Positions 39,591 through 53,384 of a stretch of DNA of 59,494 nt are shown piece after piece. Below the pieces are notes generated by a model. That model had not been told where the DNA came from, searched no databases, and worked only from the letters and a program-made list of their open reading frames with translations. Made by a program: the position numbers and the translations under genes. How positions within the stretch are numbered: position 1 is the first letter of the stretch; each line of letters begins with the position of its first letter. The stretch comes from Octopus bimaculoides (lineage: Eukaryota), in assembly GCF_001194135.2 (NCBI RefSeq), contig NC_068989.1, positions 32,362,621-32,422,114 on the forward strand. The letters run 5' to 3'.

Positions 39591-40377
39591 ATGTTCTGGT
39601 CTGTATTATTATTATTGGAATAATTACTTGATTTGTTTTCGTAAAACTTATTCAACTTAAATTTATTAAAAGAAGAAATAATATTACCAACATTATTAGT
39701 AGTAGAGTAAAATTTCTTTAATGATGTTTGTTTTAACTTGAACTCCAGAAGGAATAATGAACTAAATTTTGTTCTTATTATTTCTATTATTACATTTATT
39801 TTTCATATTATTAAATTTATTATTATCAATAAAAGAATTAAATTTAATCTTATTTTTTAGCCTACTATTATATTTATGTTTTGTATTATCATAATCCCTA
39901 TTACTAATACTATAATTATCTAAATAAAATTTATCATAATTATTTATGTTAGGTTTATTATTATAAAAGACATAGGAATCATTTAAACTATAATCTTTTA
40001 TATTATAATTATATTTAGAATTATTAAAGAATTTAATATTATCATATCCCACCTCCCACAGGGCATCATTATAATAAGGTGTGTGTTTTTGGAAAATCTC
40101 AAAATTAGAAGAAAGTAACGAGAGAATAAAAAAACCTTATGTTATAAGCAGTCAAGCATGTGCTACGTGCTTATGTATATATGCATACATGTGTATCTGT
40201 ATCGGTGCGTGTGTGTGCAAGTTTGAACCTAGTGTATGTGACCTCATGTTGCTAATAGTTGATAATTGAGCATGAATGACATTCACCTCAACAATAGGAA
40301 ATACAGATTTGATTGGTAGCGTATTGTTTTGTTAATATTTTCAATGATGTGATTTTCTGTTTTTTATTTTATTGCAG

Positions 40378-40532
40378 TATCATTGTGGGTGATTCTAACA
40401 TTATTTTTCGATCTCCACTTGGTATCCTGTTGCCACGTAAAGGTGGTCGCCCAATGAAGCTTATTTATTTTGTTTCTCCATATGATCTTCTTGATCGTAA
40501 AACTAAAATAAAACATCCTCTCACAATAGATG
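40378..40532 (+). CDS. MED1: MED1 internal exon A (155 nt)
   Basis: IIVGDSNIIFRSPLGILLPRKGGRPMKLIYFVSPYDLLD (cf. vertebrate GYLTPRSGGHLMNLKYYVSPSDLLD). AG/GT boundaries, phase 2 to 1. Confidence 0.9.
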
Positions 40533-41020
40533 GTATGTATTCTACAGGCTTTTTTAAAAAATTGCTTTGAATGGACTGTTCTTTTTTGCATAACAAAGTT
40601 TTTCTTTGTGAATTTAATTACTAATGATAGTAAACATCTAAGAAAAATGAAAAAATCCCTTGGCTACATATTAATGCTTATTTAAATGTGGAATTCTAAA
40701 ACACGTACTGAAATTTCAGTATAGTCATAGACATGCAACAGTAAATTTGAATTAAAAATCATGTATTAAGCTTGAAGTATTTCATAAGGAACTGCTATGG
40801 AATAAAATTTAAGATAAATTCTTTTTCAAGATAATTTTTTATCTCAATTATGTGTCTACTTTGAATTCATTTTTATTTAAAACAAAGTACAATATATTAC
40901 AGTGTTAGATCAATTTATACTTGGGATAAATATTTTAGATTGATTTATTCAATTCATTTGCTATTTTCTCTTTGTTTTAGAGTGTCTATTTGCATTTTCA
41001 ATTGTTAATGTATTTTGTAG

Positions 41021-41135
41021 CCATCACAGAATATCAGTTGGGACATAGTGTCACAGTGTCAATTGAACACAGTTCCCTGAATCGCTTGCAAACAATGCCT
41101 TTGATGACAGTTGTGAAAAACCAAGATGGCAAAAG
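41021..41135 (+). CDS. MED1: MED1 internal exon B (115 nt)
   Basis: (A)ITEYQLGHSVTVSIEHSSLNRLQTMPLMTVVKNQDGK(S). Phase 1 to 2, consistent with neighbours. Confidence 0.85.
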
Positions 41136-41463
41136 GTAATGTATGANNNNNNNNNNNNNNNNNNNNNNNNNNNNNNNNNNNNNNNNNNNNNNNNNNNNNN
41201 NNNNNNNNNNNNNNNNNNNNNNNNNNNNNNNNNNNNNNNNNNNNNNNNNNNNNNNNNNNNNNNNNNNNNNNNNNNNNNNNNNNNNNNNNNNNNNNNNNNN
41301 NNNNNNNNNNNNNNNNNNNNNNNNNNNNNNNNNNNNNNNNNNNNNNNNNNNNNNNNNNNNNNNNNNNNNNNNNNNNNNNNNNNNNNNNNNNNNNNNNNNN
41401 NNNNNNNNNNNNNNNNNNNNNNNNNNNNNNNNNNNNNNNNNNNNNNNNNNNNNNNNNNNNNNN

Positions 41464-41930
41464 CTGTACCAGTGGAGCGCTAAGAGCACCGTCCAAGCGT
41501 AATCGTTGCCAGAGCAGCTGTCTGGCTTCCGTGCCAGTGGCATATAAATAGCATCATTTGAGCGCGATCGTTACCAGCGTCGCCTTCCTGACACTTGTAA
41601 CGTTGGCACGTGAAAAGACATTCTAGCGAGGTCATTGCCAGTGCCGCTGGACTGGCTTCTGTGCAGGTGGTACGTAAAATACACCATCACTATTTTGAGT
41701 GTGGCCGTTGCCAGTACTGTCTGACCGGCCTTCGTGCTGGTGGCACATAAAAGCACCCACTACACTCTCGGAGTGGTTGGCGTTAGGAATGGCATCCAGC
41801 TGTAGAAACTCTGCCAAATCAGATTGGAGCATGGTGTAGCCATCTGGTTCACCAGTCCTCAGTCAAATCGTCCAACCCATGCTAGCATGGAAAGCGGACG
41901 TTAAACGATGATGGTGATGATGATGATGAT
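41464..41930 (+). mobile_element. RTE LINE 3' UTR copy
   Basis: Family signature with (GAT)n tail. Confidence 0.85.
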
Positions 41931-42297
41931 AAATTAAAATGCAAGTATAATCAGGACAAGATGTTATTCTTACTCTGTATTCCATTAATTTTCATTGAAA
42001 ATAAAGAATAAAACTCTTTCATTATTCAATATAATATTTGCAATTTAAAAAGTACATTTATATAAAAGAATGTGTCCAATAATATAGGCTCGTATGTGAG
42101 ACACAGGTGAATACAAGTGTGTCACATACTGAAAATTAATATATATTTTCCAGTTTCACATATTATTTGTACTCAAAGGTGTACAATATATCAAAATGGC
42201 ATTCTGTCAATCAAGAAAGTATTTTTATGCTATACTCAACTTTTTCAGTGTGGGTGGAGAGGGATGAGCACATTCGACACTTTTTCCTACTATTTAG

Positions 42298-44299
42298 CCC
42301 TCTAGAACCTGCTCATACATCCAGCAACACAAAAGTTGATTCCCTTTGAAATCATAATTAGGTCATGAAATATGATATGGTCCAAATTTGGCACAACAGG
42401 CTGTTAAGGAACACTTGCTAAATGGTCCAAATTTGGCACATAGGTCTTTGCATCTCAGTAAACATTTCAAAGAGTACAAATTTAATCTAGCACTTAATTA
42501 AACAGCAAAACTGTTACTTATAAACTATTTAATACAATGTCAGTCAAACTGAGTTGATTCGCTGAATGTCACTTGAAAACATGGAATTGCATGAAGGAAT
42601 TTCTCTCTTTGTCCAAGCACAGCCACAAGTTGTATTTGCAGCACTTCACTTGACTGCGTCCTTGACAGTCCTTGTATTTGCAGCACTGTCGATCAGGTGT
42701 GTACTCAGGCAAATGCCAGCCACTGGGGCTTTCCTACGGATGATTTTTGCTGGGGGTGGTGTCACAGTGTATAATAAAGGGTATCCGACTTTCTTGATGG
42801 ACAGCAGTGCTTCAGTAATCATCCCTTGGAAAAACACTGAGTTTCATTGGTTATAAATCCAACAACCTCGCATGACGTTTATACCAAATCCAGCTGTTGA
42901 CAACAGTCACGGTTAGTGTATGGTAAAAGATGTACATAAACCAACGACGGGATTTCATGTTACACTTGTACAGTGCTGTCAAGGAGATCCTCCCCATGAA
43001 TTTGTTGTACTCTTGTACAATAGCTGGTTGTATCGCTCAGCCTAGTCTACTGGTTCAAGTCCAATATATGAGGACAGAGTATCAACACATCTGCTGTCAA
43101 ACCAATGTACAGCAATGATGTTTGACTCTAACTCCACTTTCATGTCCAAAGAGCTACACCTGAGTTTCTTAAGATGTTTCTCTAATTTCAGTTGACATCT
43201 TTTCAGCCTGTTGGCCCGAAATGTGCCAACAAAAAACATGAACCTGGTCCTCAGAGCTTTGACAAGAGAAAGATTAGAGAAAAAATTGTCTGCAAAGATC
43301 TTACAGTTCTTCCCACTCTCAAGTCCCTCAACCATCTGGAGAACCACATCTCCATCTATTCCCAGTGCAGATGGAGCTCTGTGCTTGACGTCAGCCAAAC
43401 CTTGATAGACATCAAAGTTATACAGGATGCCTGATACACCTGCTCTAGGCCAGAGCTTGAAGCCCCAAGGGTTAGGTTTTCCTTGCATGTACCGTTTTAG
43501 AGCTGCTCTCCCCTTGAAGACAACCATTATTTCGTCATCACAATGGTGTTCTTCAGGAGTGATATTCTTGATATTGGCTTGAACGACCTTAGCCATGGAC
43601 TCAATTTCCACACTCTATCATCAGCCTTGTCCTGCTCTTTTACTTTCAAGCTGTTGACAAAGTGAATCACAGGCACGTTTGTCGACATGCTAAAAAAGAA
43701 AGAAGCAGCTCTTCATAACCGGCACGAAACAAATAATTTGGTGCAGTATGAAATGCTAAGGTTAAAGGAAGCAAATTCACACATTATACAATACAAATGT
43801 ATTCTGAAAGATACAGAAAAGTCAGTCAATCATTCTAATTTTACACTTAAAACCTGTTGGACAATATTTGGCACATAGAAGAAGAGTTTTTTCTCATTGC
43901 ATTTTCCACTTATGCCTATAGTGCCAAATTAGGCACTTGTACTTTGAAGTGATGCCATATCAAAAAGATAACACATTGTGACTATATACAAATATTGCAA
44001 TGTCAATTCAACCAATACAAGAAAATGTAGGTAAAATATGAGGTACTACTGACATTTCTTTGTAGTGATGATAGGAAGTGGGATCAGTGCAAATACATAT
44101 TGCTGCTGCAGAGGAGAGAAAAGGCAGGAAGCATCCCACAGTGTCAGAGGTACTAATTTGCAGTGGTTTAGTGGTTAGAGCATGAAGCACATTCCAGAGC
44201 ATTGTTTAAAAAGTATTCTTGTCCTCCGTCACTATTTTTCCTTTGGCTGGAGATCACTAAAATCTATGTGCCAAATTTGGCACACACGGCACTAGAGGA
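42298..44299 (-). mobile_element. Decayed ~2.0-kb piggyBac (PGBD-like) transposon
   Basis: DEIMVVFKGR, KPNPWGFKLW, FADNFF and VGTFRANR motifs, plus a C-terminal Cys-rich remnant. Ends TTAG-CCCTCTAG / CTAGAGGA-TTAA. Subterminal CCAAATTTGGCACA repeats. Confidence 0.9.
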
Positions 44300-46892
44300 T
44301 TAACTTTTCTATCTGATAGAGAAGTCAGCATTTTGTCTGTTGCCATCCACCTCAGTTAATTTTGCTTTTCTCCTAGCTCTGTGCTTTCAGCGCCCCCCCC
44401 CCTCCCAACTGATATGCGCCTTCAACCTGAAACTTCACATGGCAGTAGTCCTTTGGTGGTGGTGATACACTGTGCTTTTCATATACACAATAAAAGAATT
44501 TACAAATGTTAAATTTACTAAACCACAAGATGTACTTCCATTTCTTTCCAGAACATCAAACTGGATAGTATGCATGTCACTGGTCAGATTTGTCAACACC
44601 ACTCATGTGCTTATTGTACAAGATATTTATAATGGCTTTACTTTCAGCACCAACACGTGGCTGTTTACTAGTAGACAAGAATAAAATTTGCCATTTGTCC
44701 TTGTGGCTAGCATGTTCCTCTTTTGCTTCAGGATGATGTTCCATTTTTGTTTAGTTTAGTAGATTTTATTTCTTGGAGTAGTCCTTAGTGATTGCCCATT
44801 ATTGTATTGCAAGTATACGTTTTCACAAGACCAAGATGTCTGCCAAAACCACTGAAGAAAAAAATAGTCAAAATGCAAATGTCTTTGTTAATGGTTAAAG
44901 GGCTCAGTTAACGATGACACAACATTATACCCCAATCCATTTGGTCTCTCTCCGTTGTATTTTTTCCCAGTGCAAATAGCAAAGTTTGCACAGTAACATG
45001 TACCTGATTCACAGTGCTCCCATAGCTTGATACTCCATTTTGTTCATTTAACTGGTATGTATTGCCAAAACTGTACCCTACTCTTATACCTTATCATTGC
45101 TTCATCAACACTGAGATTTTTTCCTTGCAGACATATAGCTATATTATTTTTCAGGTTAATCAAGTATTGGGCGCATTCTGTATAGGGAGTCATAGTCTTG
45201 TTCATTCCAGCTGGGGACATATAAAGTATCTCTCGGGTGTAGATATGGATTTAATTTCAAATACTGGTTTTTTACTGCATTATACTTGATATATAAGGGT
45301 CACTATACCTTTTATCTGGGATGCAGTAGTTCTACAGTTTGCAAATTGTTTATACCAAACGTTATATTTATGTTAATAAAAAAACCCCAAATTTCTGATG
45401 TATCTGTTGGTCATCTTAATGGATTGGGACTTCCATAAGCAGTAATAATTTGTTGGGCATAACAATTTATTTCTTCTGTGACACTTTTGAAAAAGTTTGT
45501 TTGGGAAAAAAAAAAGTAGTTAATTGGGCAGGGATGGTGGTGCAGTGGGTGTAGTAAGAGATAGAAGTGACTCAGAGATGATAAATCAGGAAAGTGAAGG
45601 ATGATGATCATGGCATAGGAGTAATGGAGAAGGAGATGTAAGGGTACAGAAAAGTGGCTATAGTAAATGGGTAGGGTAACAGATAAGAAAGGGTGTTGGA
45701 AATGATAGCAGATATAAGAAGTATTAAGAAGTATGACAGAGGAATTGGGGAGAAGATAACTGGAGGCACAGAAAGGAAGTGATTAGTGAACATAGTGTGG
45801 GGAAAGGATAATAATGATAATGAGGGTGGAGAGAGGAGTAATTGGTAGCACAAAGTTAGGAGATATATGTGCCAAGGAAGGATGAATGTTGAGAGAAAGG
45901 TGAGGAGTTAAGGTGATGTGGGTAATGCTTGATGGAGCAGAATGGATGTAGGGCAGGGTCAAGGAAGTACAAGGATAGATAGAATATTTTTAGAACTCCA
46001 TATTTGTTGTGACGAAGAGGTCTTCTTGAACACAGAAAATTGCCAATCATCTTAGTTTTTTGTCATCTCCTCTGTGAGGTTCAGCATCTTGAGATCAACT
46101 TTCACTACCTCTTCCCATGTCTTCTTGGGTTTCCCTCTTCCACAAGTTCCATTCACTTCAAACCAGCACATGTCTAACAACAACCATTTTCTATTTGCAT
46201 TCTCTGTAGCAAATATATATTATGCTTCCACAGCTTCTAAGTCCACCACAAATTGACTGAAAAAAATAATATGCAACCCTGATTATGGTATGAAAGCAAT
46301 AATTTCCAAATTGGATCCTAGACTTGTACAACTGTCATTAATTTTTACCTCTATAAAAATTAAACCAGAGCAAAATCCAGCACTTACTTCACCCAGTACT
46401 TACTTCACTAATTGTCCAAACTTTGATCTTTCATTTTATGGGTGTGTTAGATACATTTTTAGAAATGTACCTAAACATTATGATCTATCGTACCTCCATA
46501 GACAGTCACCTCCTATGTTTGTAAAATGTACTTTGAACTGTGTTGATAAAGGATCTTAATTTAAATAGATCATGATTTCCTTACTTACATATTACTGTGC
46601 TGCTTGTGTCTCATACATGCAAGAACTGATACAAATTCAAAAAACACAATATCTTCAGGTCTTCATCATACCCAAAACGTTCTGGTCACTGAAAGGTTCC
46701 TCCCTATTTCATTACAATGGGTTTTAGCATTACAAATTACCATAGGGATGTTTATAGCAGAAAAGAAGAAAAAAAAAGATCAAATTTCCTCCAGACATCA
46801 AAAACCACAAACCATCTTGTTTTTCTTCTTTGTTTACATCCTGTAGAATGATTTATTTTTACAATTATTGCTTGGAATATTTCAGAAAAAGT

Positions 46893-47033
46893 AAGGCAGT
46901 GAGCTGGCAGAATTGTTGGCATATTGGGTAAAATGCTTAGCGGCATTCCATTTATCTTTATGCTCTTAGTTCAAATTTTGCCAAGATCGGCTTTACGTTT
47001 CATCCTTTCAGGATTGATAAAATAAGTACTAGT
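46893..47033 (+). mobile_element. Decayed tRNA-derived SINE
   Basis: AAGGCAGTGAGCTGGCAGAA head, B-box-like AGTTCAAATT, and CTTTCATCCTTTC...GATAAAATAAGTAC body. Confidence 0.6.
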
Positions 47034-47551
47034 TTAAGAAAAGCTTTTGGAACCCCTTCTTTATCGCGTTCCTGCACAATTCTTGTTGTTTTTGTTATTA
47101 GAGTTGTTGTCAATTAATGTTTTCACTGTCATACATTGATGTATCTGATTGTCTATGAAGCACTTGGTAATGCATGTTGTGAATGCCAACATCAGAAAAG
47201 GAAAGCATTCTGTGGATGGTCACTTGAAATGACTTTTTCTTGTGTATTCTGCAAGGTTGTATTATGTAGAGTAAGATGCTTTACAAGTGTACATGGCAGG
47301 AATATTGTTATAATTTCTTTTTGTGTGTGTGTGCATATGTATANNNNNNNNNNNNNNNNNNNNNNNNNNNNNNNNNNNNNNNNNNNNNNNNNNNNNNNNN
47401 NNNNNNNNNNNNNNNNNNNNNNNNNNNNNNNNNNNNNNNNNNNNNNATATAAATTCAATAATAGGATGAATTCTTTTACAAGAATTTACCAAGTAGCTAG
47501 CATGAAAAAAACCTCATAAGGGAAAAAAATCCATCATTTATTCCCAAATAA

Positions 47552-47611
<60 letters not shown>

Positions 47612-47732
47612 GCACACACAAATAATTAGTAGCAACAGAAGCCATATTAATACGAAAAGGTAATATTAGCACTTAAAAGTGGATCTTTCATTACCTGGTA
47701 CAAAGCCACTTCCTACACTACCACCCTTCCTG

Positions 47733-47937
47733 CAAAAAAACCTTTGTCTTGCAAGATACTTGGTGACCTCAGTGGTGCAAGTGCCATGTAAAAAGCACCC
47801 AGTTCACACTGTAAAGTGGTTGGCATTGGGAAGGGCATCCAGTCTTAAAAGTCATGCCAAAGCAGACAGTGGACCTGCTGTCAAACTGTCCAACCCATGC
47901 CAGCATGGAAAACAGATATTAAATGTTGATGATGATT
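47733..47937 (+). mobile_element. Diverged RTE-type 3' UTR copy
   Basis: GGTTGGCATTGGGAAGGGCATCCAG...CCATGCCAGCATGGAAAAC...GATGATGAT. Confidence 0.75.
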
Positions 47938-48232
47938 GTATTCTGTGTAGCTCTCAGAGAAAAGCCCAATTAACCTAGCTTTTAGTATTTTGACAATAAA
48001 TTACAAGTGGAAAGAAACATCTCATTTCATTTTCTTTTTGTTGCAGTTTATTTTACAGCACTCTTGATGAAATGCAATATAGATTCAGTATTTATTTGGA
48101 CATTAACTGCAATTATCTTTCTATCTTCACAAGACTCTTCAGTTTTGAGCATTCTGATTTTTAAGAACTTGTTTTTATGGAAATAAAGTTACTTTAATTT
48201 ATACCAGAATTGCATTTATTTTTGTATTACAG

Positions 48233-48357
48233 CTTGCCATCTTTCTCAGGATTAAGCAACATGAACAGTTGTATGCTTCCAGCTTGCTTTGTACTGACTC
48301 TACGAACACCTCTCACTGTCCTGGCTTCATTGTTGCAAAAGATTGAATCAATAACAA
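48233..48357 (+). CDS. MED1: MED1 internal exon C (125 nt)
   Basis: LPSFSGLSNMNSCMLPACFVLTL...LLQKIESIT (cf. vertebrate PSFSSITSANSVDLPACFFLK). Phase 2 to 1. Confidence 0.92.
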
Positions 48358-49276
48358 GTGAGTATTTTAGAACTATTAAAACTATTGCTAGTGGCATTGT
48401 GGTGTTGCCATGTGGTGTTCAGCATGATCTTAGCTTTTTGTCTTTATGTTTATGCCTTTTTTTTATTTGGTAACTACTCTTTTCATAACATTGATATATG
48501 CACCCAAGGAAACTATTCTTGTTTTATCTATGAAAAATTAAAATTATAATTTTCAAGTTAACAAGTATCATGAATGCTTACAATTTTTCATTTTCTTGAG
48601 AAATTTAAAGAAACTGAATCTAATTTAAATGAAGGTTCAAAGCTAGTCTGTGTGATTGTGTGTGTGTGAGACACACACACACACACATGTATATATACAT
48701 ATAGCTTAGATTTTTGCCTATAATTATTGGAGAATTTGGCTTCATAACTAACTATCAGTACTATTCTTGGGAAGCTGTGATTCGAAAACCAGAACGATGA
48801 AATCTAATCAGAAGATTAAAGAACAAGGTACCATCAAAATATGTAAAACAATCAGGAAGTTCAATATGTGTGCATGTTACACACACATGCATGAGTACCC
48901 TGTCTGATACTGTCTAAATTCCAATGAAAGAGTTTCTTGGTTAGAAACAGGCTCTTTCTCCATTGGTGAGAAATTCAAAAAATAAAATATGACAGTACAC
49001 CTATGTATATAACAGTCTTATGTTCAGATTCTTTTGGGATTTTCACTCACGAGGTTTAAATCAGCTTAAGCCAAACCCTTGTGGCTGCAAAGCAAACTTC
49101 TTTACCACAGTGTCAGGCCTGTATGATAGCGCTAATAAAAAGAGACCCAATATATGTTCATAGAACTTATTAAAACTCTCAGTGTTTTGCTTGTTAACTA
49201 ATTGTGTGTGTATAGTTAATGGAATACTATGCTGGCCTACATGAAGTGTTAATGATGTGATAACCTGAATTTTAAT

Positions 49277-49870
49277 TCATCATCATCATCATCATCATCA
49301 TCGTTGGACGATTTGACTGAGGACTGGTGAAACCGGATGGCAACACCAGGCTCCAATCTAATTTGGCAAAGTTTCTACAGCTGGATGCCCTTCCTAACGC
49401 CAACCACTCAGAGAGTGTAGTGGGTGCTTTTACGTGTCACCCGCACGAGGGCCAGTCAGGTGGTACTGGCAACGGCCACGCTCAAAATGGTGTCTTTTAT
49501 GTGCCACCCACATAAGAGCCAGTCCAGGGGCACTGGCAACGATTTCACTTGGCTTGCTGGGTCTTCTCACGCACAGCACATTTCCAAAGGTCTCGGTCAG
49601 TAGTCATCGCCTCGGTGAGGCCCAATGTTCGAAGGTCTTGCCTCACCACCTCAGCCCAGGTCTTCCTGGGCCTACCTCAACTGTTACGGTGTGGCACTTT
49701 TTCACGCAGCTATCCTCATTCATTCTCACCACATGTCCATACCAGCACAATCGTCTCTCTTGTACACCACAACTGATGCTTCTTATGTTCAGCTTTTCTC
49801 TCAAGATACTTACACTCTGACGGGTATGCACATTAACATTACACATCCAGCGGAACATACTGGCTTCCGG
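49277..49870 (-). mobile_element. RTE LINE 3' end (ORF C-terminus plus short UTR)
   Basis: MFRWMCNV...RRLCWYGHVVRMNEDSCVKKC...LGLTEAMTTDRDLWK, then the UTR and (CAT)n tail. Confidence 0.9.
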
Positions 49871-50099
49871 AGCATCCCCTCAAATTTTCTATATGCATAT
49901 AAAATTCGAGGGGATAATTATGATGCAGGCTACCACAGTATTCTGTCAATTATAGACACATATACACACACATGCATGGTGTGTGTGTGTGTGTGTGTTT
50001 ATAACCAGCCAGCCAGCCACCTAATCCCCTATCAATCTGATGGGCACATGCAGATTAACTACTTTCTCACCACAAACAAGGATAGGTAGATGCTGGTAA

Positions 50100-51045
50100 A
50101 TGCAAAGTCCTTCCTCAATGAGGAATGTACAACTATGTGTGCTAGATGTGCAGGTATAATGAACTCTTAAGAATGTATAGATAATAGACCACAAATATCC
50201 AAGGTGATCCTTAGAAATAGCAGATAGCTTTGATTACCTGAGTGACCAAGTTAACTGTGGAGGAGGAAGTGTAGTTGCTAGAATAAGAACAGGCTGGGCA
50301 AAGTTCAGAGAGCTACTACCTTTGTTGGTAACAAAGGCCCAAGAGTGAAAGGCAGATTGAATGATGCCTTTGTACATACAGCTATGCAACATATCAATGA
50401 AACATGGGCTGTAACTGCAGATAACATGCAAAGGCTTGAAAGAAATGAAGCCAGCATGCTCGACGATACATCAAGCTAAGTAAAACTGGATGAGTAATGT
50501 AAGTGTATGTACAACATAGTGTAAGCATCTTAAGAGAAAAATTGAGGATAAGTGGCATCAGAAGTGGTGTGCAAGAGAGAAGACTGGATTGGTGTAGCCA
50601 TGTGATGCATATGAATGAGGACAGCTGCATAAAGAAGTGCTGATCTCTAATTGTGGAGGGAACTTGTAAAAGGGAGTAGACACTGGAATACATAGTACAA
50701 AGTGGTGAGGAAGGATCTTCAGACATTGGGCCTCACAGAAGAAATGACAAGGGATCGAGACTTTTAGTAGTTTGCTGTGCTGGAGATACCACGTCAAGCT
50801 AAGTAAAACTGTGGCCATCCATACATACAGGTATGTCCTCTACATCCCTCTCTTAGCTGAGAGATCCTTCTCTTGAGGGCTCATGAGTGTTGGTGTCACA
50901 TAAAAAGCACTCATGCTGGTGCCACGTAATATGCACGTAGTACACTCAGTAAAGTGGTTGGCATTACGAAGGGCATCCAGCTGGCCAGCTTCTGCCAAAC
51001 TCTCCAACTCCACAGCATGGAAAATGGACATGAAATAATGATGTT
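50100..51045 (+). mobile_element. Decayed RTE LINE 3' portion
   Basis: RIRTGWAKFRELLP, ETWAV and EVVRKDLQTLGLTEEMTRDRD remnants, followed by a diverged UTR. Confidence 0.78.
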
Positions 51046-51536
51046 CACACACACACATACACACAATATTCCTAAAAATGTTCAGATTTCCAACTTTCTT
51101 CCAAGTATGTGAGGAACCTCTTTGTTTACATTCTGTGTAACGATTCATTTTCTGCAGTAATCGATTACAAAAAATAAAGTTAAAAAACAATGTAACAGTT
51201 TTTTTGTTTTTTTTGGAAAGACCAGCTAGGTCTAATATCTTTCTGTTAACATGGAAAAAGTGGACATTGAATTGATAATAAATCTTCCAAATTTGCTTTC
51301 TAATATTTATGAAAAGCAGTATTATAATGAACTGACTGGACATCTAAATGAATAAAGTAATATACTACAATATTTTTATAATAATTAATTATATGTTTGT
51401 TTAAGAGGTGGAGATATTTAATTAGGCTTTGTGTGAAATTACTGATATAATATTTAAACTAGTAAAATTTATACTATCGTGAGAGGTAGAAATTTGTAGA
51501 AATTAAAATTTTGTTTTGATGGTTGTTCTTTTATAG

Positions 51537-51637
51537 ATATGGAGGTTCCACGAATATCAGAAGGAAAGAAGCTGTTATCATTGTTGATTGAGACCATTTC
51601 ATGTCAACAATTATTTAACAAAAAGGAGCTTTATGTT
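51537..51637 (+). CDS. MED1: MED1 internal exon D (101 nt)
   Basis: TATAG|AT ATG...GTT|GTTAGT encodes (N)MEVPRISEGKKLLSLLIETISCQQLFNKKELYV. Phase 1 to 0 bridges exons C and E exactly; sequence similarity is weak. Confidence 0.75.
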
Positions 51638-52576
51638 GTTAGTAATGTTTCATATTTTATATTCCCTTTATAAATCCTGAAGATGCTATGTTTTTAAAAA
51701 TTGAACTGGATCTTATGATTCAATGCTGGCCAACCTTTGTTGCAAATGTTCTCTCCCTTTGTCCCCTCCAAATCACTTGGTTCTACACTTATGTTATAAA
51801 AGTAGTGAATTGAATTTGAAATGCATGTAAACAATTTTATTATTTTATTTATATCAGTAGTTTTTATTGATGTCAGCTAAAAAAGAATTATTATGATAAC
51901 ACACATTAATATTAAAATAAAAATAATTAAAATTGTATACATCATTTATTAATATGATCTCTGGGGGTGATGACTAGCAGTAATTTTTGCAACATTAAGT
52001 TTCAAATTTGATAAAAGAAATCATAAATCCTCCTATGGCACTATTTCCATTTGGTTTCTTTTCTTGGTTAAAATTTGATTTACTGCACTAAAGCATTTGT
52101 TGTCAGATAGGAGGCATAGAAAAGCAGTAAAAAATTGCTTGGTTTTAATCCATAATATAGGATACTTCAGCCTACCTTGCAACTACATATCACAGAAGCT
52201 TTGATTTTCAAAAGTCATCTTTATTAATGGTGGTCTTTTTCTTTTTTTTTTTTTTTGTTATTCTATTATGCACACAAGTGGGTTTTTATCCAGTTATTAA
52301 ATCCTATCTCAAAATATTCTTTCAGTTGTTGTAAATGTACAAAGTATGTCCTGAGATTATCATGTTTAAATAATTGTTAGAAGTTTTTCATTGGTCAAAT
52401 GAGAGAACTCTCATCTGTCAAGGTTTCACTTGAACAGTTCAGTTTTACTTGTATGAGATTAAGATTACTTCCTTGCATTTTCAAATTCAGGGTGTTTATC
52501 TTGCCAGTAAACTAGGAATGAATTTTTGGTTTACAAGTAAAAGTTCAACAATAGCATCATAAAACTGGCAGATATA

Positions 52577-53376
52577 CCATAAATCCTTGAGTATGGTCCG
52601 CCCTTGAGTATAATACGCAAGGGATTTTTAAGGGGATGTACCTCTGAAAAACCTAAACCTTGTGTATAATAAGCACCCCTTCTCTAACTTGAGTCAAGGA
52701 GGTCTATATAACGTTCTTGGTTTGTAAACATATATACGGTAATGTCCTTTATTATTATTGTATATATAACATAATGCAAACGTGTAGTTTTATTGTGCAC
52801 TTTGTTTGCAGAAAATAAAGAAATAACAGTCATAATGTCAGTGAAAACTAAATATTGAGTAAATTGCCTTTACATATTTATCACTATCAGTTACAAAAGC
52901 AAAAGCAAAAACATTTATTCAAATCCTTAAAATTCAACGTCACTTTCAGCATCAAATAACTGTTCCATTTGTTCCTCCGTAAACATGTCAGCATCATTGT
53001 AGTGTAAATCTCCGTCATCGTCAGATTCATAGTCAACATCAGAAGATTCACTTTCATTTATTTCATCTTTCCATACAACGTCATCCTGAGTACAATCCAG
53101 TGAAGACGATATACAACACTTTTATTTTAATAAATGTTGCTTACTGAAAGTTATGGATGATTCTTTTATGACTTCATTGCTTTCAGGCTTAGCTTAAGGT
53201 GTTTTCGTGCCCAACATCACAAAATGCATCTGAATAAACATTGCCGGACAGCAAATAGAGACTCAGACATTGCTTAGGAAATATTTTTCATTTTTAACCT
53301 CGTATATAGTACACACTAGGGATTTTGACCTTTAAATTTGGGGGGAAAAATGCGGATTATACTTGAGGATTTACAG
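52577..53376 (-). mobile_element. Internally deleted pogo/Tigger-like element
   Basis: TA-flanked TIRs CCATAAATCCTTGAGTAT / ATACTTGAGGATTTACAG. The minus strand retains the transposase C-terminus KCCISSSLDCTQDDVVW...FDAESDVEF*GF. Confidence 0.8.
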
Positions 53377-53384
53377 TACTTCAA

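Noticed and set aside
45500-46030. Purine-skewed segment with Leu/Pro/Ser-rich minus-strand ORFs (similar at 30000-30300)
   Set aside because: No recognisable motif or splice signals; probably old repeat remnants.
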